Shown: positions 53,901 through 64,000 of the stretch, piece after piece | How the letters are laid out: each line of letters begins with the position of its first letter | Position numbering within the stretch: position 1 is the stretch's first letter | Assembly: GCA_964016885.1 (NCBI GenBank) | Contig: OZ024744.1 | Span: 22,382,001 to 22,446,000 of the forward strand | Source of the DNA: Eledone cirrhosa | Lineage: Eukaryota | Reading direction: 5' to 3' | DNA: 64,000 bases | Position numbers and translations under genes: made by a program | Notes under the pieces: model-generated | Databases searched by the model: none | What the model was told of the DNA's origin: nothing | What the model saw: the letters and a program-made list of their open reading frames with translations, nothing else

Positions 53901-54250
53901 CATAGGTGGGGTGTTGTCGTGGTGGTCAGTTAGGTTGACATAGATAACATAGAGTGAGATGTTGTCGTGGTGGTCAGTTAGGTTGACATAGATAACATAG
54001 GTGGGATGTTGTCGTGGTGGTCAATTAGGTTGACATAGATAACACAGGTGTGATGTTGTCGTGGTCAGTTAGGTTGACATAGATAACATTGGTGGGATGT
54101 TGTCGTGGTGGTCAGTTAGGTTGACATAGATAACATAGAGTGAGATGTTGTCGTGGTGGTCAGTTAGGTTGACATAGATAACATAGGTGGGATGTTGTCG
54201 TGGTGGTCAGTTAGGTTGACATAGATAACATAGGTGGGATGTTGTCGAGG
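49600..54250 (+). repeat. Three tandem copies of a 1.3-1.6 kb higher-order unit; a further partial copy lies at ~61.9-63.1 kb
   Basis: CAGTAAGG at 50877, 52195, 53837 (spacings 1318, 1642) and 62807. Each follows (GTC)4, GTCACTT, AACACAGG and GGTGGCATG markers. Confidence 0.8.
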
Positions 54251-54759
54251 TCAGTTAGGTTGACAAAGATAACATAGGTGGGATGTTGTCGTGGTGGTCA
54301 GTTAGGTTGACATAGATAACATAGAGTGGGATGTTGTCGTGGTGGTCAGTTAGGTTGACATAGATAACAGGTGGGATGTTGTCGTGGTCAGTTAGGTTGA
54401 CTTAGATAACATAGAGTGAGATGTTGTCGTGGTGGTCAGTTAGGTTGACATAGATAACATAGAGTGAGATGTTGTCGTGGTGGTCAGTTAGGTTGACATA
54501 GATAAAATAGAGTCAGATGTTGTCGTGGTGTTCAGTTAGGTTGACATAGATAACATAGAGAGAGATGTTGTCGTGGTGGTCAGTTAGGTTGACATAGATA
54601 ACATAGAGCGGGATGTTGTCGTGGTCAGTTAGGTTGACATAGATAACATTGGTGGGATGTTGTCGTGGTGGTCAGTTAGTTTGACATAGATAACATAGAG
54701 TGAGATGTTGTCGTGGTGGCCAGTTAGGTTGACATAGATAACATAGGTGGGATGTTGTC

Positions 54760-57700
54760 GTGGTGGTCAGTTAGGTTGACATATATAACATAGGTGGGGT
54801 GTTGTCGTGGTGGTCAGTTAGGTTGACATAGATAACATAGAGTGAGATGATTTCGTGGTGGTTAGTTAGGTTGACATAGATAAAATAGGTGGGATGTTGT
54901 CGTGGTGGTCAGTTAGGTTGACATTGATAACATAGGTGGGATGTTGTCGTGGTCAGTTAGCTTGACATAGATAACATAGAGTGAGATGTTGTCGTGGTGG
55001 TCAGTTAGGTTGACATAGATAACATAGAGTGATATGTTGTCGTGGTGTTCAGTTAGGTTGACATAGATAACATAGAGTGAGATGTTGTCGTGGTGGTCAG
55101 TTAGTTTGACATAGATAACATAGGTGGGATGTTGTCGTGGTCAGTTAGGTTGTCATAGATAACATAGGTGGGATGTTGTCGTCGTGGTCAGTTACGTTGA
55201 CATATATAACATAGAGTGAGATGTTGTCGTGGTGGTCAGTTAGGTTGACATAGATATCATATGTGGGATGTTGTCGTGGTGGTCAGTTAGTTTGACATAG
55301 ATAACATAGAGTGAGATGTTGTCGTGGTGGTCAGTTAGGTTGACATAGATAACATAGGTGGGATGTTGTCGTGGTGGTCAGTTAGGTTGACATAGATAAG
55401 ATAGCTGGGATGTTGTCGTGGTCAGTTAGGTTGACATAGATAACATAGGTGGGATGTTGTCGTGGTGGTCAGTTAGGTTGACATAGATAACATAGGTGGG
55501 GTGTTGTCGTGGTGGTCAGTTAGGTTGACATAGATAACATAGAGTGAGATGTTGTCGTGGTGGTCAGTTAGGTTGACATAGATAACATAGGTGGGATGTT
55601 GTCGTGGTGGTCAGTTAGGTTGACATAGATAACATAGGTGGGATGTTGTCGTGGTCAGTTAGGTTGACAAAGATAACATAGATGGGATGTTGTCGTGGTG
55701 GTCAGTTAGGTTGACATAGATAACATAGAGTGGGATGTTGTCGTGGTGGTCAGTTAGGTTGACATAGATAACATAGGTGTGATGTTGTCGTGGTCAGTTA
55801 GGTTGACTTAGATAACATAGAGTGAGATGTTGTCGTGGTGGTCAGTTAGGTTGACATAGATAACATAGGTGGGATGTTGTCGTGGTGGTCAGTTAGGTTG
55901 ACATAGATAAGATAGCTGGGATGTTGTCGTGGTCAGTTAGGTTGACATAGATAACATAGGTGGGATGTTGTCGTGGTGGTCAGTTAGGATGACATAGATA
56001 ACATAGGTGGGGTGTTGTCGTTGTGGTCAGTTAGGTTGACATAGATAACATAGAGTGAGATGTTGTCGTGGTGGTCAGTTAGGTTGACATAGATAACATA
56101 GGTGGGATGTTGTCGTGGTGGTCAATTAGGTTGACATAGATAACATAGGTGTGATGTTGTCGTGGTCAGTTAGGTTGACATAGATAACATTGGTGGGATG
56201 TTGTCGTGGTGGTCAGTTAGGTTGACATAGATAACATAGAGTGAGATGTTGTCGTGGTGGTCAGTTAGGTTGACATAGATAACATAGGTGGGATGTTGTC
56301 GTGGTGGTCAGTTAGGTTGACATAGATAACATAGGTGGGATGTTGTCGTGGTCAGTTAGGTTGACAAAGATATCATAGGTGGGATGTTGTCGTGGTGGTC
56401 AGTTAGGTTGACATAGATAATATAGAGTGGGATGTTGTCGTGGTGGTCAGTTAGGTTGACATAGATAACATAGGTGGGATGTTGTCGTGGTCAGTTAGGT
56501 TGACTTAGATAACATAGAGTGAGATGTTGTCGTGGTGGTCAGTTAGGTTGACATAGATAACATAGAGTGAGATGTTGTCGTGGTGGTCAGTTAGGTTGAC
56601 ATAGATATCATAGGTGGGATGTTGTCGTGGTGGTCAGTTAGGTTGACATAGATAACATAGAGTGAGATGATTTCGTGGTGGTTAGTTAGGTTGACATAGA
56701 TAAAATAGGTGGGATGTTGTCGTGGTGGTCAGTTAGGTTGACATTGATAACATAGGTGGGATGTTGTCGTGGTCAGTTAGCTTGACATAGATAACATAGA
56801 GTGAGATGTTGTCGTGGTGGTCAGTTAGGTTGACATAGATAACATAGAGTGATATGTTGTCGTGGTGTTCAGTTAGGTTGACATAGATAACATAGAGTGA
56901 GATGTTGTCGTGGTGGTCAGTTAGTTTGACATAGATAACATAGGTGGGATGTTGTCGTGGTCAGTTAGGTTGACATAGATAACATGGGTGGGATGTTGTC
57001 GTGGTGGTCAGTTAGGTTGACATAGATAACATAGGTGGGATGTTGTCGTGGTGGTCAGTTAGGTTGACATAGATAACATAGGTGGGATGTTGTCGTGGTC
57101 AGTTAGGTTGACAAAGATATCATAGGTGGGATGTTGTCGTGGTGGTCAGTTAGGTTGACATAGATAACATAGAGTGAGATGTTGTCGTGGTGGTCAGTTA
57201 GGTTGACATAGATAACATAGGTGGGATGTCGTGGTGGTCAGTTAGATTGACATAGATAACATAGGTGGGATGTTGTCGTGGTGGTCAGTTAGGTTGACAT
57301 AGATAACATAGAGTGAGATGTTGTCGTGGTGGTCAGTTAGGTTGACATAGATAACATAGAGTGAGATGTTGTCGTGGTGGTCAGTTAGTTTGACATAGAT
57401 AACATAGCTGGGATGTTGTCGTGGTCAGTTAGGTTGACATAGATAACATAGGTGGGATGTTGTCGTGGTGGTCAGTTAGGTTGACATAGATAACATAGGT
57501 GGGATGTTGTCGTGGTGGTCAGTTAGGTTGACATAGATAACATAGGTGGGGTGTTGTCGTGGTGGTCAGTTAGGTTGACATAGATAACATAGAGTGAGAT
57601 GTTGTCGTGGTGGTCAGTTAGTTTGACATAGATAACATAGGTGGGATGTTGTCGTGGTCAGTTAGGTTGTCATAGATAACATAGGTGGAATGTTGTCGTC

Positions 57701-60700
57701 GTGGTCAGTTACGTTGACATATATAACATAGAGTGAGATGTTGTCGTGGTTGTCAGTTAGGTTGACATAGATAACATAGAGTGGGATGTTGTCGTGGTGG
57801 TCAGTTAGGTTGACATAGATAACATAGGTGGGATGTTGTCGTGGTCAGTTAGGTTGACTTAGATAACATAGAGTGAGATGTTGTCGTGGTGGTCAGTTAG
57901 GTTGACATAGATAACATAGAGTGAGATGTTGTCGTGGTGGTCAGTTAGGTTGACATAGATAAAATAGAGTCAGATGTTGTCGTGGTGTTCAGTTAGGTTG
58001 ACATAGATAACATAGAGAGAGATGTTGTCGTGGTGGTCAGTTAGGTTGACATAGATAACATAGAGCGGGATGTTGTCGTGGTGGTCAGTTAGGTTGACAT
58101 ATATAACATAGGTGGGGTGTTGTCGTGGTGGTCAGTTAGGTTGACATAGATAACATAGAGTGAGATGATTTCGTGGTGGTTAGTTAGGTTGACATAGATA
58201 AAATAGGTGGGATGTTGTCGTGGTGGTCAGTTAGGTTGACATTGATAACATAGGTGGGATGTTGTCGTGGTCAGTTAGCTTGACATAGATAACATAGAGT
58301 GAGATGTTGTCGTGGTGGTCAGTTAGGTTGACATAGATAACATAGAGTGATATGTTGTCGTGGTGTTCAGTTAGGTTGACATAGATAACATAGAGTGAGA
58401 TGTTGTCGTGGTGGTCAGTTAGTTTGACATAGATAACATAGGTGGGATGTTGTCGTGGTCAGTTAGGTTGTCATAGATAACATAGGTGTGATGTTGTCGT
58501 CGTGGTCAGTTACGTTGACATATATAACATAGAGTGAGATGTTGTCGTGGTGGTCAGTTAGGTTGACATAGATATCATATGTGGGATGTTGTCGTGGTGG
58601 TCAGTTAGTTTGACATAGATAACATAGAGTGAGATGTTGTCGTGGTGGTCAGTTAGGTTGACATAGATAACATAGCTGGGATGTTGTCGTGGTGGTCAGT
58701 TAGGTTGACATAGATAAGATAGCTGGGATGTTGTCGTGGTCAGTTAGGTTGACATAGATAACATAGGTGGGATGTTGTCGTGGTGGTCAGTTAGGTTGAC
58801 ATAGATAACATAGGTGGGGTGTTGTCGTGGTGGTCAGTTAGGTTGACATAGATAACATAGAGTGAGATGTTGTCGTGGTGGTCAGTTAGGTTGACATAGA
58901 TAACATAGGTGGGATGTTGTCGTGGTGGTCAGTTAGGTTGACATAGATAACATAGGTGGGATGTTGTCGTGGTCAGTTAGGTTGACAAAGATAACATAGA
59001 TGGGATGTTGTCGTGGTGGTCAGTTAGGTTGACATAGATAACATAGAGTGGGATGTTGTCGTGGTGGTCAGTTAGGTTGACATAGATAACATAGGTGTGA
59101 TGTTGTCGTGGTCAGTTAGGTTGACTTAGATAACATAGAGTGAGATGTTGTCGTGGTGGTCAGTTAGGTTGACATAGATAACATAGGTGGGATGTTGTCG
59201 TGGTGGTCAGTTAGGTTGACATAGATAAGATAGCTGGGATGTTGTCGTGGTCAGTTAGGTTGACATAGATAACATAGGTGGGATGTTGTCGTGGTGGTCA
59301 GTTAGGATGACATAGATAACATAGGTGGGGTGTTGTCGTTGTGGTCAGTTAGGTTGACATAGATAACATAGAGTGAGATGTTGTCGTGGTGGTCAGTTAG
59401 GTTGACATAGATAACATAGGTGGGATGTTGTCGTGGTGGTCAATTAGGTTGACATAGATAACATAGGTGTGATGTTGTCGTGGTCAGTTAGGTTGACATA
59501 GATAACATTGGTGGGATGTTGTCGTGGTGGTCAGTTAGGTTGACATAGATAACATAGAGTGAGATGTTGTCGTGGTGGTCAGTTAGGTTGACATAGATAA
59601 CATAGGTGGGATGTTGTCGTGGTGGTCAGTTAGGTTGACATAGATAACATAGGTGGGATGTCGTCGTGGTCAGTTAGGTTGACAAAGATATCATAGGTGG
59701 GATGTTGTCGTGGTGGTCAGTTAGGTTGACATAGATAACATAGAGTGGGATGTTGTCGTGGTGGTCAGTTAGGTTGACATAGATAACATAGGTGGGATGT
59801 TGTCGTGGTCAGTTAGGTTGACTTAGATAACATAGAGTGAGATGTTGTCGTGGTGGTCAGTTAGGTTGACATAGATAACATAGAGTGAGATGTTGTCGTG
59901 GTGGTCAGTTAGGTTGACATAGATATCATAGGTGGGATGTTGTCGTGGTGGTCAGTTAGGTTGACATAGATAACATAGAGTGAGATGATTTCGTGGTGGT
60001 TAGTTAGGTTGACATAGATAAAATAGGTGGGATGTTGTCGTGGTGGTCAGTTAGGTTGACATTGATAACATAGGTGGGATGTTGTCGTGGTCAGTTAGCT
60101 TGACATAGATAACATAGAGTGAGATGTTGTCGTGGTGGTCAGTTAGGTTGACATAGATAACATAGAGTGATATGTTGTCGTGGTGTTCAGTTAGGTTGAC
60201 ATAGATAACATAGAGTGAGATGTTGTCCTGGTGGTCAGTTAGTTTGACATAGATAACATAGGTGGGATGTTGTCGTGGTCAGTTAGGTTGACATAGATAC
60301 CATAGGTGGGATGTTGTCGTGGTGGTCAGTTAGGTTGACATAGATAACATAGGTGGGATGTTGTCGTGGTGGTCAGTTAGGTTGACATAGATAACATAGG
60401 TGGGATGTTGTCGTGGTCAGTTAGGTTGACAAAGATATCATAGGTGGGATGTTGTCGTGGTGGTCAGTTAGGTTGACATAGATAAAATAGGTGGGATGTT
60501 GTCGTGGTGGTCAGTTAGGTTGACATTGATAACATAGGTGGGATGTTGTCGTGGTCAGTTAGCTTGACATAGATAACATAGAGTGAGATGTTGTCGTGGT
60601 GGTCAGTTAGGTTGACATAGATAACATAGAGTGATATGTTGTCGTGGTGTTCAGTTAGGTTGACATAGATAACATAGAGTGAGATGTTGTCGTGGTGGTC

Positions 60701-61860
60701 AGTTAGTTTGACATAGATAACATAGGTGGGATGTTGTCGTGGTCAGTTAGGTTGTCATAGATAACATAGGTGGGATGTTGTCGTCGTGGTCAGTTACGTT
60801 GACATATATAACATAGAGTGAGATGTTGTCGTGGTGGTCAGTTAGGTTGACATAGATATCATATGTGGGATGTTGTCGTGGTGGTCAGTTAGTTTGACAT
60901 AGATAACATAGAGTGAGATGTTGTCGTGGTGGTCAGTTAGGTCGACATAGATAACATAGGTGGGATGTTGTCGTGGTGGTCAGTTAGGTTGACATAGATA
61001 AGATAGCTGGGATGTTGTCGTGGTCAGTTAGGTTGACATAGATAACATAGGTGGGATGTTGTCGTGGTGGTCAGTTAGGTTGACATAGATAACATAGGTG
61101 GGGTGTTGTCGTGGTGGTCAGTTAGGTTGACATAGATAACATAGAGTGAGATGTTGTCGTGGTGGTCAGTTAGGTTGACATAGATAACATAGGTGGGATG
61201 TTGTCGTGGTGGTCAGTTAGGTTGACATAGATAACATAGGTGGGATGTTGTCGTGGTCAGTTAGGTTGACAAAGATAACATAGATGGGATGTTGTCGTGG
61301 TGGTCAGTTAGGTTGACATAGATAACATAGAGTGGGATGTTGTCGTGGTGGTCAGTTAGGTTGACATAGATAACATAGGTGTGATGTTGTCGTGGTCAGT
61401 TAGGTTGACTTAGATAACATAGAGTGAGATGTTGTCGTGGTGGTCAGTTAGGTTGACATAGATAACATAGGTGGGATGTTGTCGTGGTGGTCAGTTAGGT
61501 TGACATAGATAAGATAGCTGGGATGTTGTCGTGGTCAGTTAGGTTGACATAGATAACATAGGTGGGATGTTGTCGTGGTGGTCAGTTAGGATGACATAGA
61601 TAACATAGGTGGGGTGTTGTCGTTGTGGTCAGTTAGGTTGACATAGATAACATAGAGTGAGATGTTGTCGTGGTGGTCAGTTAGGTTGACATAGATAACA
61701 TAGGTGGGATGTTGTCGTGGTGGTCAATTAGGTTGACATAGATAACATAGGTGTGATGTTGTCGTGGTCAGTTAGGTTGACATAGATAACATTGGTGGGA
61801 TGTTGTCGTGGTGGTCAGTTAGGTTGACATAGATAACATAGAGTGAGATGTTGTCGTGGT
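54760..61860 (+). repeat. Higher-order block repeated three times (offsets 3,318 and 2,284 bp)
   Basis: TTAGGATGAC followed by GTCGTTGTGG at 55989, 59307 and 61591, with shared GACAAAGATAACATAGATGG and ATATCATATG markers. Confidence 0.75.
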
Positions 61861-64000
61861 GGTCAGTTAGGTTGACATATATAACATAGGTGGGGTGTTG
61901 TCGTGGTCAGTTACGTTGTCATAGATAACATAGGTGGGATGTTGTCGTCGTCGTCAGTTAGGTTGACATATATAACATAGAGTGAGATGTTGTCGTGGTG
62001 GTCAGTTAGGTTGACATAGATATCATAGGTGGGATGTTGTCGTGGTGGTCACTTAGTTTGACATAGATAACATAGAGTGAGATGTTGTCGTGGTGGTCAG
62101 TTAGGTTGACATAGATAACATAGGTGGGATGTTGTCGTGGTGGTCAGTTAGGTTGACATATATAACATAGCTGGGATATTGTCGTGGTCAGTTAGGTTGA
62201 CATAGATAACACAGGTGGGATGTTGTCGTGGTGGTCAGTTAGGTTGACATAGATAACATAGGTGGGATGTTGTCGTGGTGGTCAGTTAGGTTGACATAGA
62301 TAACATAGAGTGAGATGTTGTCGTGGTGGTAAGTTAGGTTGACATAGATAACATAGAGTGAGATGTTGTCGTGGTGTTCAGTTAGGTTGACATAGATAAC
62401 ATAGAGTGAGATGTTGTCGTGGTGGTCAGTTAGGTTGACATAGATAACATAGAGTGAGATGTTGTGGTGGTGGTCAGTTAGGTTGACATAGATAACATAG
62501 GTGGGATGTTGTCGTGGTGGTCAGTTAGGTTGACATAGATAACATAGAGCGGGATATTGTTGTGGTGGTCAGTTAGCTTGACATAGATAACATAGGTGGG
62601 ATGTTGTCGTCGTGGTCAGTTAGGTTGACTTAGATAACATAGAGTGATATGTTGTCGTGGTGGTCAGTTAGGTTGACATAGATAACATAGGTGGCATGTT
62701 GTCGTGGTGGTCAGTTAGGTTGACATAGATAACATAGGTGGGATGTTGTCGTGGTCAGTTAGGTTGACATAGATAACATAGGTGGGATGTTGTCGTGGTG
62801 GTCAGTAAGGTTGACATAGATAACATAGGTGGGATGTTGTCGTGGTGGTCAGTTAGGTTGACATAGATAACATAGGTGGGGTGTTGTCGTGGTGGTCAGT
62901 TAGGTTGACATAGATAACATAGAGTGAGATGTTGTCGTGGTGGTCAGTTAGGTTGACATAGATAACATAGGTGGGATGTTGTCGTGGTGGTCAATTAGGT
63001 TGACATAGATAACACAGGTGTGATGTTGTCGTGGTCAGTTAGGTTGACATAGATAACATTGGTGGGATGTTGTCGTGGTGGTCAGTTAGGTTGACATAGA
63101 TAACATAGAGTGAGATGTTGTGGTGGTGGTCAGTTAGGTTGACATAGATAACATAGGTGGGATGTTGTCGTGGTGGTCAATTAGGTTGACATAGATAACA
63201 TAGGTGTGATGTTGTCGTGGTCAGTTAGGTTGACATAGATAACATTGGTGGGATGTTGTCGTGGTGGTCAGTTAGGTTGACATAGATAACATAGAGTGAG
63301 ATGTTGTCGTGGTGGTCAGTTAGGTTGACATAGATAACATAGGTGGGATGTTGTCGTGGTGGTCAGTTAGGTTGACATAGATAACATAGGTGGGATGTTG
63401 TCGTGGTCAGTTAGGTTGACAAAGATAACATAGGTGGGATGTTGTCGTGGTGGCCAGTTAGGTTGACATAGATAACATAGAGTGGGATGCTGTCGTGGTG
63501 GTCAGTTAGGTTGACATAGATAACATAGGTGGGATGTTGTCGTGGTCAGTTAGGTTGACTTAGATAACATAGAGTGAGATGTTGTCGTGGTGGTCAGTTA
63601 GGTTGACATAGATAACATAGAGTGAGATGTTGTCGTGGTGGTCAGTTAGGTTGACATAGATAACATAGAGACAGATGTTGTCGTGGTGTTCAGTTAGGTT
63701 GACATAGATAACATAGAGTGAGATGTTGTCGTGGTGGTCAGTTAGGTTGACATAGATAACATAGAGCGGGATGTTGTCGTGGTGGTCAGTTAGGTTGACA
63801 TATATAACATAGGTGGGGTGTTGTCGTGGTCAGTTAGGTTGTCATAGATAACATAGGTGGGATGTTGTCGTCGTGGTCAGTTAAGTTGACATATATAACA
63901 TAGAGTGAGATGTTGTCGTGGTGGTCAGTTAGGTTGACATAGATATCATAGGTGGGATGTTGTCGTGGTGGTCAGTTAGTTTGACATAGATAACATAGAG

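Larger units (their letters stand above)
1..64000 (+). repeat. Tandem satellite/minisatellite array with 44-48 bp monomers (type A 48 bp, type B 47 bp, GGT-deleted forms 45/44 bp), about 1,350 copies, extending beyond both window ends
   Basis: CATAGATAAC recurs at 1, 49, ... and continuously to the end. Consensus is CATAGATAACAT-(AGAGTGAG|AGGTGGG)-ATGTTGTCGTG(GTG)GTCAGTTAGGTTGA. Most units differ by 0-2 substitutions. No inversion or non-repeat insertion was seen. Confidence 0.99.
13621..64000 (+). repeat. Satellite subfamily/domain R (right), with a basic higher-order repeat of about 30-32 monomers (~1.4-1.5 kb)
   Basis: Markers recur in a fixed order: AGGTGTG, GACAAAGAT, GACTTAGAT, AGAGTCAG, AGAGCGGG, GGTGGGGTG, GTTGTCATAG, GATATCAT, AGCTGGG, GGTAAG. 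The GACAAAGAT marker lies at ~14021, 15521, 16974 and 18381 (spacings 1500, 1453, 1407). Confidence 0.9.

Noticed and set aside
1-64000. CRISPR array (constant partly palindromic repeat with a variable segment)
   Set aside because: The variable part is only 7-8 nt and takes a few recurring, related states. There are no unique spacers, leader or cas genes.
1-64000. Satellite-encoded hammerhead ribozyme (as in newt, schistosome and cricket satellites)
   Set aside because: The conserved core CUGANGA...GAAA is absent from the consensus on both strands. The nearest match is CUGACCA on the minus strand, with no GAAA.
1-64000. Embedded transposon, unique insertion or inverted segment
   Set aside because: None was seen on reading through. 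All deviations are substitutions, 1-4 bp indels or whole-monomer gains and losses.

Overview
The whole 64,000-bp window is one uninterrupted, head-to-tail tandem satellite/minisatellite array of about 1,350 monomers (estimated as 64,000/~47), all in the same orientation and running off both ends. I see no unique sequence, gene, RNA gene, transposon or CRISPR array. Two main monomers are interspersed. Type A is 48 bp (CATAGATAACATAGAGTGAGATGTTGTCGTGGTGGTCAGTTAGGTTGA) and type B is 47 bp (AGGTGGG replaces AGAGTGAG); 45- and 44-bp forms lack one GGT. The + strand is strongly G-rich and C-poor (A monomer: 16 G, 4 C) and carries one TTAGG per monomer. Diagnostic variants split the array at about 13.6 kb into two subfamilies, each built from nested higher-order duplications of 0.56-7.9 kb. 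The most interesting structure is that each monomer folds into two stem-loops, with the A/B dimorphism in one loop, TTAGG in the other, and the GGT indel in the unpaired linker. One compensatory base-pair change and one quasi-palindrome-perfecting mutation are visible. The organism (most likely eukaryotic) and any function cannot be determined from this window. Offsets were counted by hand from marker variants, and block boundaries are approximate.
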